Assembly: GCA_000934665.2 (NCBI GenBank)
Contig: JYFJ02003214.1
Location: forward strand, 1 to 44,977
DNA: 44,977 nt
Reading direction: 5' to 3'
Source of the DNA: Catajapyx aquilonaris
Lineage: Eukaryota
Shown: positions 10,931 to 22,623 of the stretch, piece by piece
How positions within the stretch are numbered: the first letter of the stretch is position 1
Layout: every line of letters begins with the position of its first letter
Notes under the pieces: generated by a model
What the model was told of the DNA's origin: nothing
Database searches by the model: none
Seen by the model: the letters and a program-made list of their open reading frames with translations, nothing else
Translations under genes and position numbers: made by a program

Positions 10931-13671
10931 ATGTCGAGCAAGGAAACCGACTTGCGGAAAATTGAAGCCCGCTTTTAGCACACGACAAGCCTGATTTAAC
11001 CGACATATTGCATCACCGGGTTATATGGCTTGGAACTAACGTGTGGAAGTGCAGATGTGCATACACAAGCAACAGCGCCCCCCTTTTGCCTTCCTTTGGC
11101 AAACTCATCTATTTTGCAGGGGTGCCAGTGATGCCCAGCACCTCCCGCTTAATTAATCTGCTGAAGCTGCAGACACGAGCTGCTCGTGTAGCTAAAGCTT
11201 GTTTCTTAGCGTGAAAGAGGACGCTTCTTAATTAATTGGAGGGGGGGCCAGACCAACCTTTTGTGCCCTCAGCTTCCCAGGATTTTGATAAGGACCATAG
11301 GATCGATCCAGGATCAAAGCCCCGACCTTCTTCTCCAACCTACCGTTCATCCTCGCAATTTTTTTGTCAGACCAGTTTTACTCAACCCCATGCTTAGTGC
11401 AAATCCTTGTTATTCGCCACAAAATAAGACCTCGATCTCAATTATTGAAGCCAAACCACGCGTTTCATAATTAAGCTCACGTTCGCATCGGAGGAAATGT
11501 TCCGGGCTTTAAAATATTTGCAACCGTGTCCCATGCGAATATTTGCATCCGCTGCAATATTTTTGCGTCTCTCCTCGCGATGTCCGATTGTGCATTTTGC
11601 AGTTTGCATCTGACACCGCGTAATTACACGTCGTTTCAATTACCCCCGTAACTCTAGATTTAAATGGAATGTTCGAATTTTCAATCGTTTTTTTTTTTTG
11701 CAAGTTTGGCCCACGCCCCTCTAAAAAAAAAGTGCATCGCGCCCCAAAATATTGTTGGTTGGATCGAAATAATCGTCGAAGCAGTGAGTAGAAGTAGTGC
11801 GAAACGACAGCGCCAACTGGAGCGCGGAATCGAATAATGGCCACGTTATTACTCAACCTCGCCATTGTTGCAAAACCGAAGAAAATTTACCGAGTGTTTC
11901 GTAACAATCAAAAAAAAACTGTAAATAAAAGGCCCGCTCATTCCCCCGGAATGCGACATGTTCGCGAATGAGAACTATAAATGACGCGTCTATATTAATT
12001 GTTATTAGATCCAGTCTGCACCAAATCCGCAAAAAAAATTGTGTAGATTTTTTTTCTTCCATCCCCAGCATAATTGGCCAGGCGAATTTTTGCGCTGGCA
12101 TGTATTCTGGGTCAGGAATGCAATTTTTTTTTTTGCGATGGAGCGAGGGGTGGTCCCGCGGATTCCTCTAGTTTTCCCGGATTAGCTGGCAGCACTGGCG
12201 GAGACTATCCGGGAGATTTGCAGTTTAATTATACGGAGCAGATTGTGTGGGTAGCTCGCCAACCGGAGTATAAGCTTGCCCCGGAAATGCACAATTTTTT
12301 GCAACTCTCGCCGATTCGCATATGCGGCCGACGCGATTTTTTTGCGAGTGAATATTGGCAACGTCAATCATAAAATGGCGAAAGCATGTCCTATACATTC
12401 TTCGTCCAATACTAATATTTGGCTCAATTAGGCAACAATATTCACCCGGAAACTTTATCTCCTTATATGCTGCACCTTCTCAGGATCCGGGAAACAATTT
12501 ATTAGGAATATAAGCCTTGTTAAACTTATTAGTTCGCAAACTGGAATCTCCTAATATTCCAGAAAGTTGTCGTGTAATTAAAACGCACTTGTTAGGCCTA
12601 CTTGTACTTTTTCCCAACTTCATGAAAGATTCGCACTCTTGACACGGAACAGTTTCAATTACACATCATCCGATGCCTTCTCTTCTGGAGCCATCAATTA
12701 GCAAAATAATTTCGGCGCAGATAGGTCTAATTGCGGCACTATCACGCGGCAGAGGAATTTCATCAATATTTCGCGACCATCCGAGCAAATAATTTCGTCA
12801 ACCCTGGGTTCAGATCGAATGTCGACATCCGAGGCCAGACTCTGTCCTCATCCGGTCCAGCATCCCCGTTTTGATGGTTGGTCCCTGCCATCACTCGAGT
12901 CAATCCTGGTGATGGCCAATCAATCACTGTGGAGATGACTTCCGTCGTCAAACTGCGGAAGCGACGATCGCTCTCTTTTTTTTTATGCGGCCAGCCCAGC
13001 AACAACCCCCCCGACCTCTTTATCGCAGTCTCACCAAACCATCCTATAACTACCCATCAATCAAAATCCAGGCGGTAAAACACCGCAATTTCCACAACTA
13101 TTTTTTGGGGGAGGCCGCCGATGCTCATTAGTCTGGAAATTGCAAAAGTTGGGGACATATTGATTGCACCTTTAATTTGAATAGTCTTTCTCTCTCTTCC
13201 AGATGACACAGGCTAACCGATCGTTTATCAAGCCTTGTTATTCCTGTTTGTTCCTCTTTGGCCAATGTCCCTCCCCACAAAAACCAGCCTTTCCTTTCAG
13301 ATCCAAGAGGGGAAAAAAAGCCTTTTCCTCTTTTCACCCGCCATCTTTTTCTGACCGCAAAGCCCTTTGATTCCAACTCGACACGATCTTTCTTCTTCCT
13401 TTACAGTTGCCTCCAAATCCAGAGAGTATAATCTCAACACACAAGTGCTTCTTCCTTCTACTCCTCTCCACACATGCTCCGCAGACGTAATATTCTCACG
13501 AAGATTACAGGCACCTAAGACATCCTCAGGTCCAGCCAGGCCCAAGTAGAGAACGATGTACAGTATACTATCAGTATCAGGGACATAAAGTTTGTGATTG
13601 TGACGCTAACTGATTATGACAAAGGAGGCTTAGCTACCAACTCTGTGCATTTTGAAAACTCTCGGCGAGGT

Positions 13672-14038
13672 CAGGGAGCATATACTACATAAGAGACGCA
13701 AACATTCGATTTCCAAGTCTCTCTGTTTGGGGCGTTGCCAAGGCTCGCGGCCATTTTGAAGTGTGGGGAACGCCAACGAGGTATAAATAGGGTACAGGCA
13801 AAAATAGGGTCCGCCATCTTTGATTCGCGCGTGTTCTTGCCGTGTAGTTGCCATGGCCGCCAAAACCATCAAAGATGGCGGACCCAATTTTTGCCTGTAC
13901 CCTATTTATACCTCGTTGGGGTTGCCCACACTTCAAAATGGCCGCCAGCCTTGGCAACGGCCCCAAACAGAGAGACGCGAACATCAAAGGCGCCGACAGA
14001 AGTTTGCGCCTCTTATGTAGTAAGTTATATGCTTCCTG
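13672..14038. mobile_element. Foldback MITE family M2 copy, 7-bp TSD gcgaggt/acgaggt
   Basis: cagggagcatata..tatatgcttcctg with ~150-bp arms. Highly similar to the copies at 6949 and 20449. Confidence 0.88.
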
Positions 14039-15220
14039 ACGAGGTATTCTCTATTAATGATAGTTAATAAATTATAGTATGTATATCGCATTATTGATAA
14101 TTATCGCTAATAATAATTTGACTTTCCACTATAAACATTTTAATTAAAAAAATAAAGTCGGCGACGAGTGCGTCTTTTTGTGCCCGATTGTTTGCCATTT
14201 TTCTGGTACCTCGCAAATGTGTGTTTTTTTCGCGTTAATTCCCACTCCGGCAATTACGCTTTCAATGACCCAATCAACGCCAATCGGGTTCGATCATCGC
14301 CACATGTCACAGGGTTTTCGTGCTGCCATGGGCATCATCAATAAGTCGTTAAATTAGATAAAAAAAACAAACTCCAAACCGATTTGTTACATCGGTGGGC
14401 ATCAATGGCGCTTCAAATTGCGCAAGAATGCCAAATGAGTTGATCGATGGAATTCGTCGCGTATAATTAAAAGATTTACGACTATTTATCACATTGAATG
14501 TCGCGGGACTCTATATAATTATTTACTAAGAAAACCGTGGCATTCTCGATGTCGTCCCTTAGGAAACAATATGGCGGCCAATAATAATCAAAATGGTCGC
14601 CGTTGGTACAAAATCGTTTTTTTTTTTTTTTGTCGGTGGTTGGCGATTGCGGAGTCAATTCCAAACAATATGAAGTCGCTTATATGCGTTGGGGCTGACA
14701 ATGCAACACTGACCACACGACCCTTTCGCACACTGAGAGGCTGCATGATTGGAACGACCTGGGTGGAATAATTAATTAAATGTTGAACAATGTCGGGGTT
14801 ATTATTATTTTGGGTTTTAGGAGGCCGCAGTAGTTGATTTATCTCATGTGTTCCCATCTGGTACAATCAGAAAGTGAACATGTTCATTTACATCCTCCCG
14901 TCAAAACCCTGGCATCCTTCTCCAGCTAGAGGCTGGGGTGTATGAAGAAAACAACTGATGATCATTGCTGATTTATTGGTGAAAATATTCTCGTGCATCT
15001 CCAATGTCCATGTTCTGTATGTGGAATTAAGAGACTCGGTGGATGGGGCATTTAGGGCAGAGGGTGCGTGTTACACTTGCATGGGAATGACTTGTCAAAC
15101 TAATATATTGGGGTGGATCATTATACGTACAACAAATGAGAGGAATACACTGTACTTTCTTGTAGACGTGCAGCAAGGAAACCGGTGCGCACCCAGACAT
15201 CAAAGGAGAGGATTGAGGGT

Positions 15221-15360
15221 TTTATGTGGCGACCCTACCGGACTACGCTTAACTTTATGGGGCATAGAGGTACAAAAGGGAAGCGCTACATTGGCCACAT
15301 GTAGGGCTTCCCTTTTGTACCTATAAAGTTTAGCATGGTCCGGTAGGGTCGCCTAATAAA
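15221..15360. mobile_element. 140-bp hairpin element (unclassified MITE)
   Basis: ggcgaccctaccggac..aactttat..aggtacaaaagggaagc.ctacat / atgtag.gcttcccttttgtacct.ataaagtt..gtccggtagggtcgcc with a 7-nt loop. Confidence 0.75.
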
Positions 15361-15469
15361 TGCTCCTTGAAAGGTCTCCTGGCGCTCTCAGGTGAGCACC
15401 TCCTGCAAAACGCCCCGGCAGGCGATAAGAAAAGAACGTAGAGGTAGTGTCCGGTGGCTGGCCGGGTCG

Positions 15470-15600
15470 GAAGGACGGGAGAGGTTGGAGGTGTAGGAAG
15501 CGGACCACAGACGGCAGGCGACTGAAATGGTTGGCGTGCCGGATGGACGGACAGACAGACAGACAGACAGAATGACATCCGTCTTTATTGTATATTAGGA
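15470..15600 (-). mobile_element. Helitron-like 5' terminus (TC + AT-rich + (CTGT)n)
   Basis: Minus strand reads TCctaatatacaataaagacggatgtcattctgtctgtctgtctgtctgtcc, the typical 5' layout of arthropod non-autonomous Helitrons. Segment 15472-15526 is repeated at 15601-15657. Confidence 0.55.
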
Positions 15601-18600
15601 AGGCCGGGAGAGGCTGGAGGTGTTGCAGATATGGACCACAGATGGCAGGCAAATGACGTTCAATATTTTATTGCACCCATTTCCACACCGTCTTGCGACA
15701 GCAACGCTCGCGTTGCCTTGTTATCAGATGTAAGGTGGCGAGGCCACACTTCGCTGCACTGGGCTATCAGGTTCTGCTCCCCACTGAGCGAAATTGTGTG
15801 TGCCATTCGTGTGACTAGCAATGCATGCATTTAGGAAAATATCTGAATCGAGCTAAAATGTCATTTTCAATATATTGCAGACCCCAAGTCATTCAATTTA
15901 AACCAAAACATTGCAAATAATTCAATATACATTTCGGGGTACTACTTTCCGTTTACACAACCACCCACTGCAACCCCCCTCTTGGTCGATCCTTGGCCAA
16001 CCCACTGCGAATGTGGCAAGCCCTGTCCTCAACCTGGTCCCGTTTCGCCACACTCCTTCGCCGATTATATCAGCTCAATAATTCATATGCCAAAATGGCC
16101 CTAATCAGATCATACATGCTGCGAGACATAATAACATGTTGCCAAACTGATTTCAACACTCGCCAAGCTATACGAGTATAGACCTGGCCTCGGCGGACAC
16201 AGTGTGGACCTCTAATCGGATGACAGATTTTGTAGATAAACAGGCGGATACGTGTGTCCAGATGAGTGGAGGGGAGTAATGGTCGTGGGTTCGGGTCAAT
16301 TGTTGAAAGGGGTCAAAGTGGGAGGTGTGGTCTGAACCTGGGTGTACGAGAGAGGAGGAAGAAAAAGATAGTGGGAGCTGAAATTACGGCAAATGCCTAG
16401 TGATAAAAAATAATGCTACATGTATTTTTGTGCAAAGAAAGTGTTCAGTCCAGCTGCGGCTTCAGTCCGACTCTGGAGTTACTCCTTCACTTTGGCTATA
16501 GCCCAACGGTTCCTTTTAATATTAGGAGAACAACCCGCAGCATAACGGTCGCCTATGTATGCTTCGTATCATTCAGGGTTAGCCTACAATATTCTGCCCC
16601 ACTCTTGCGTCATCTCTCCATGCAAACACCGCCTCGAGACAAACAGTCGTATCATCTATCTGATATTACGAAGAGACAACTCGTGAATCCCTCAGGGAAA
16701 CGACGGAATATTGCGTGAGCAAAACCTGTGCCATACATTTCCTTTTTCAGCCCGGTGGAATATACGTCTTCAAGGTAAGTGGAACCAGAGTCTGCCTTCG
16801 AGATATGCAGTACATCGTCAGGAATCAAGACAAAAGTAATGCGAGGAGGAACATTTCTTTCCAGAATAATGTTAAGCTGCGCGATATTGTCAGACGTGGG
16901 CTGTTCCAGTCCGGAGACATAGATGCAACCTGTTTACAGTCCTGTTTGGGCCAGACCGTATGGATCGTGCAGTTTTCACCGCCTGCGTGGACAACTCAAG
17001 CAGTAAAAACAGGAGAGGTCGTCCCTGCACATTTTGAGAGCGCACTTTACAGCTTGGGAGCAGCGTGCGTGTAACGGCAGCCGGGCAGGCACATCGGTAG
17101 GTATTCGGGCAACAGATGCAGGCAACGACCTGCGCAACCCAAATTTGAAGGTAGAAGGACCCAGCCAGGCGCTAAAAGTTCCAAATCTGCAACAATACAC
17201 GCCGTATTCGCAAATAATATTGTAAACCTTCAGTCGAGTTTACTATATCCAGGAAATACTATCCTTTTCCCCCGAAATTTACGTCACAATTCGGGACTAG
17301 ATTGGCTCCAGGTTGGCAGAAGTCAATTACTTCTTGCACAGCTCAATTCGCATTTCTAATAATAAGCGCGCGCCGTTCCTCGACGCTTTATTAGAAGAGG
17401 AAAAAAAGTGTTTGCTCAAATGCGGAAGTCGGCCGGAATTAAAAGGCGGGCGAATTTTTGGCACATTGCAGCAGGTGCCAGCCCTTTTCAAAACGACAGA
17501 TGCCGTCGTTTAGGATCTAATTCCAGGATAAATTTTGCAAGCCTTTTGTATACAGCAGGGAGAGGGGAAAATCTCATCTGGCGAATATTGGCCAAAAAAA
17601 ACGGACGGAGCTGAATATTTTCCGCTGCTACTGATTAATGCTTCCTCGCATCTTAGTGGAAATCGCTCGATCGAAGCAAGTTGAGCCGATTCAACAAACG
17701 ATTATTCAAAGCCGTGATTCAATAATAAATGCGTCTACCTTGTCATCGAGGTATTATCGCAAATATTTTAGTATAATCTGGACCGCATCCTATCGTTCCT
17801 TCTCCTAAAATTGCATCGGATGTAGGATCACGTTGGAGTACCAAAAAAAATGTCCAGAGAAGATCCCAACTAACCCGTTATCCTCTCAGTTTTTTTTTCT
17901 CTTTCTCTTTTACGATCCGAGATGGCAATAAGGCGGAGGAAATGGTGGCCGATTCTTTCTCGAATTGAACTGTCGTTTCGAAGGAACATTCCGGGGCATG
18001 TTGGGAGTGTGGAGGCCAGAAAGAGTGGGAAAAAAATGTAGGTTGTGGTCAGCAGGTGGTTGAGTGTGGAGAAAACGAAGCGGAAACAGACCAAGAAATT
18101 GGCAAAGTTGCGCTTGTTTGGAAATGCAGAGATTTCCTTCCGAACTGTGCTAAAAAAAACACAGCTTACAAGCTGGAAAATGAAGCAGAAGCAGAGTAAT
18201 AACTACCGTAAATTCAATCGCAAATTGGTAAAAATAATGTGTGTTTTTGTTTAATTATTTAGTTGTATCGGATTCCACAACTGATGAGTTTATATTCTGC
18301 GCTTTCGTTGCGCGTTACGAAAAATGCAGCTTTATATGCGAGCCAGTTAGTAAAAGCATCGTACTGTACATAGAGCTCGTACACTACAAAATTACCTCTG
18401 CAATAATCATGAGCGGAAAATGGAGTGCAAGCTTCCTTTTCAACCGAGCAAGAGTGTGTTTACACCGCTTTGCGCTAAATTAACAGTCAACAAAACTGGA
18501 GCGAGCTCATATTTAAAATGTGGCTCTTATTGCATGCGGGTTTTTGCACATTTATTTTACCAGCCCCACCCCCCTTCCCATAACCTGCTTTGATCATTAT

Positions 18601-20413
18601 TAACTGCAGGCGGGAAGTACTTACCGAGCGGAGGTGTACACATTCTCATTAGACTCGGAGCGTGCAACGCTTTTGGGCGACACTCATATGCGAGAGTGTA
18701 AATCATTTTTGTAAATTCTGCAACACTTAAAGAGAATTATGGACTGCCCCCTTGCTTTTGTAGCCAGACTTTCGACTTTTAATCCTTCTTTTTTTTTAAA
18801 AAAAAAAAGGTACCCGGGTGCTAATTGGGCTCCTGCTTGATGAGCGATCAATGATTTGCACCCCGGTGGAAAAGATGGGCGAGTGATGAGAGGGGGTAAT
18901 TATATGGCTTTGGAGTGGAGCCTGTTTCGAGGTCTTATCCGGGCGAAAAGGGAGATGACAGCCCGGATTCATTAGTCAACTCCCTCCCCCCCTAGTTTTT
19001 TATCCTGGTTATTGGTTTTTGCATTTTCTTTGATGATGAAAGAGTGGTTGGAGTGAGCAAGGGCTGGACGTCGCTCACCAGTCAAATGGGACCCGGATTA
19101 AGCCCGGATTCAAAAAAAAGAGGAAAAGGTCTGACGGAGCTGCCACTTTCATGGAGGTATTATCCGCGGGATGGACTTGTGACCTTTTGACCCGCATGAT
19201 AATGTGACACGTGATGGACCGTCCCATTGACCCCGTTTTTCACCCAGCAGCATCCCATACCCAGGTGATTATAGAGTCCCGGCAGCCACTCTCTCACGTC
19301 CTCCATTTTTATCTGACGCCATTCTTTCTCCTCAAAGCTGCCATCAATTACTACTAGAGTGCTCTAGTTCAAATTGCTATGGCCGTATAGATACCGCAGG
19401 TCTAGTCTCAGCTTACCAGAGTTATGGCCGCCAAAAAAGTGCTAAATAAGCAACGCCGATAGACTTTCGCTGCGGAAAATAAATCTCGTGTAGAATTGGG
19501 TAAGCGAGACTCCGTCTGTCCACGGTGACTCATCACCGACGTGCATGTAGTCTGAGAGTGTGCTTGTGACATTGCGCGAGTGCACGTTAAAGATCCCCAG
19601 AGTGGCCAAATTTCCAGGAGGAGGACCGCCCTGAGCCTTAGAGGCAGAAATAGGCCGCCGTTAAGCCCCACTGAACCAAGTAGTGTGCAGAGAGAGAGAA
19701 CGCGAGCACCACCTGCTAATGGTATATCGTACCACGTTCAAGTGCGGGCCGGGCCGGGCAGTGTTGCCAAGTTGTGGCGACGAATTCGCTACTATAGTAA
19801 TTGATATTAGATAAATATTTAGTCGCACAAAAACGCATGGAAAGCTGACATCGCACTTTTTTTTAAATTTTATCAAAACTTTATAAAAGGTTCGATTAAC
19901 TGGTAGCCACTGCATTATTTAAAACGTGTGCATGTACAGTATATTCGCACTCGGAGCACTCCAGCTGCGTAATGCACGTTGCCAGCAGTATGCTTCGGTT
20001 AATTAAATCATTACCCTTTTTCTAAAAAATATATATAGCGAATGTTTCAGCATGAAGTCCTTTTGACTCTAGTGTCAACACTCGTCGCTTCTCTCTGTCG
20101 GTCACAAATTACAGCCAGAAAATAATATTACCATACGCGTCCTGCCAGATTCAATAACATTTACGGTACTATAAAGTTGACCGCTGAAATAATCAACTAA
20201 ACAATGACACCTGCGATAGCCTGTGTCATAAAGCCTATTCGTATGATTGAACGTTGGAGCAGTGTTTCCAGCTTTTGTTTCATAAAAATTTCATCCGTTT
20301 TATCTAGGGCACAGGAGTGAAACTGACAGGAAGCAAATAATCACTTGTCAGCAGCATTAGTTAATCCGTACTTGTTCATAAATTATGAAAAGTACTGCAA
20401 GTAAATACGTCTA

Positions 20414-20975
20414 CAGGGTGGCTCTAAAGTCAGGGTACATACTGTAGGCAGGGAGCACATACTGCATAAGAGGCTCAAAATTCTGTCGGCGCCTTTGATG
20501 TTCGCGTCTCTCTGTTTGGGGCCGTTGCCAAGGCTGGCGGCCATTTTGAAATGTGGGCAACGCCAACTAGGTGTAAATAGGGTACAGGCAAAAATAGGGT
20601 CCGCCATCTTTGATGGTTTTGGCGGCCATGGCAACTACACGGCAAGAACACGCGCGAATCAAAGATGGCGGACCCTATTTTTGCATGTACGCTATTTATA
20701 CCTCGTTGGCGTTGCCCACACTTCAAAATGGCCGCCAGCCTTGGCAAACGCCCCAAACTGAGAGACGTGGAAATCGAATGTTTGCACCTCTTATGTAGTA
20801 TAATATGCTCCCTACTGTAGGTAATAATTGTACTGTATTGTTGGTTTTCAGTTGTGCCAACTCCAAGTGCCAACAAGTCCAACTCATCCTTTACTATGTG
20901 TCAAAAATCTGCTAGTTGGCGCAACTGGAAACCAACAATACAATACGTGTGTATCCTGAATTTAGAGTCACCCTG
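20414..20975. mobile_element. Tc1/mariner-type MITE (CAGGGTG TIR) hosting the M2 copy
   Basis: TA-cagggtggctctaaagtcagggtacatac pairs with gtgtgtatcctgaatttagagtcaccctg. Inner arms 20830-20862 and 20914-20946 also pair. Confidence 0.78.
20449..20814. mobile_element. Foldback MITE family M2 copy (inverted relative to 13672), 7-bp TSD ctgtagg, nested in a Tc1-type MITE
   Basis: cagggagcacat..atatgctcccta. TSD at 20442-20448 and 20815-20821. Confidence 0.88.
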
Positions 20976-22399
20976 AGAATCAATTTCGTGCCAAATATCG
21001 TGCTGAAATGATAACCATTTTTTGCGACACTTTCTGCTATACACACAAGGCGAGAATATGTCGGAGATATGTAAACTAAGCCTGAAGCAGCAGTCGCTCG
21101 GATGCACGCATCTAAATAGAGACCCGACCTCATTTCCGTCAATGCTCCAGGCACATACTTCCAGGATGTTGTTGTTTTTCTCCAAAAGTTAGACGCATGC
21201 TAAAAAATAATAGAAAGAGAACGCGCAACAACAGCCGCAAGTAAGGTAAGAAAACCAACGTAAATTGCTCCCGGCAATTTAATCCACATAATATAGATTC
21301 CCACTGGCTTTGAAACGAGGTTTTTCGCAATGCAACGTTCCTAAGTCTCTCGTCATCCAGGAGCAAACTGGAGGCATGAAATGTTCTCCAGATCTATATA
21401 GTCTCATTGGAATTTACGCCGAGGCTGGGAGGGCTGATAAATCGAGCGTGAGTTTCTCCAGACTTGATACAAACCTCCCGTGTATCCCCATGAAATTCCT
21501 CGAGGTGCAAGAAATTATTCGATGCCAACACCTCGGATGTTAGCACTGTGCAAATTCAGACCTAATTACGTACAGTTTGTTTGACCTTTTCCTTCACATA
21601 TGACGAGGAAGCGAGGGCAACAATCGATGGATGAACACAAAATCCGGCTTGAGTTATGTGAGCCGTAAGCGTCATGAGGGAAGAAGAGATAAAAAAGGGA
21701 AGGAAGGAAGGAAGGACCGGGTGTTGAATCGTCCTTGTTCCCAGCCCTAGATAATTCTGCTCTCTGGGTTTTTTTCCCCCTCAGCCCAATCCATCCATCC
21801 ACCCGCGAAATACTTTTCCCAAGGATTTGCCAATATTATCTGCTTCCTCCACCTTTTCCACCCCTCCTCTTTTCCATGCCTTTTGATTCCCTCTATGCCC
21901 GTCTTGGTTTTCTGCTTGTCGCCTTCCTTCTAATTATTCCTCCCTTGCAAACCCGATAATCCGGCTTCCCCCAACCCTTCATACGCCCTTTCCGCCACTT
22001 CCTTAATCCTGAAATCGTTTGAATCCAGGCCTCGCAAGTCTTACGCCCGTTTGTCCAATAAGAGAATAAGAGATAAAGGATGAGTCTCATTCTACAGTTA
22101 AAACATGCCACTTATGACATTCAGAGAGAAGCAAACTTTCATTTCATCTGTGCCTATCGGAAGCTCATATTTTCTACTACTGTAGCTAGTAGCGAACCCG
22201 TTGCTACATTTTGGCAACACTGTTCCCCCCCACACACACACACTACTTGGACGTAGTACGAGAGGCCACTACCAGTTGGAGCACAGGCTCTCCCTCTGCA
22301 CACTCCTGCCGCTCTGAGGAGGAAAGTAGTACTAACCAGCACGTTGGTGATGATTCACTGCGCGGACAAAGTCCACCAGTGTTCTATGCTACCTTCTAT

Positions 22400-22623
22400 G
22401 GGTCTCGGACTTTTCGCCCCCGGCATATTGGCCCCCGTGACAATTTCGCCCCGGCCAGGCTACACGCAAGCCCAGGTCACTTCTCTATAAATGCCCAGCC
22501 GAATGCTTCAAAGTGGAATATGTCACGGGGGCGAATACGCCGGGGCAAAATTGTCACGGGGGCCAATGTGCCGGGGGCTAAAAGTCTGGGGGCGAAACGG
22601 TGGGGGCGAAAAGTCCGGATCCC
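22400..22623. mobile_element. MITE family M3 (GGG..CCC ends, subterminal tttcgcccc repeats)
   Basis: gggtctcggacttttcgcccc ... ggggcgaaaagtccggatccc. Shares an internal segment with 36187-36300. Confidence 0.82.

Larger units (their letters stand above)
999..21566 (+). repeat. Copy A of an ancient, patchily conserved large direct duplication (partner: 29563-43557)
   Basis: At least 15 collinear same-strand anchors, including exact matches of 24 nt (13351/38395), 20 nt (13431/38466) and 15 nt (1313/30966). Confidence 0.85.

Noticed and set aside
9603..15600. A single ~6-kb minus-strand Helitron joining the 5' end at 15600 to the 3' end at 9603
   Set aside because: The interior continues the A/B collinear chain seen on both sides, so it is host DNA and the two ends are more likely independent fragments.
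19400..19505. Possible dpr promoter or first non-coding exon (Inr-like tcagc, donor tgg|gtaagc)
   Set aside because: The motifs are too short to distinguish from chance.
19759..22222. One 2.5-kb hAT element bounded by inverted CAGTGTTGCCAA ends
   Set aside because: No 8-bp TSD (gggccggg vs ttcccccc), and the interior contains A/B backbone anchors; treated as two solo fragments.
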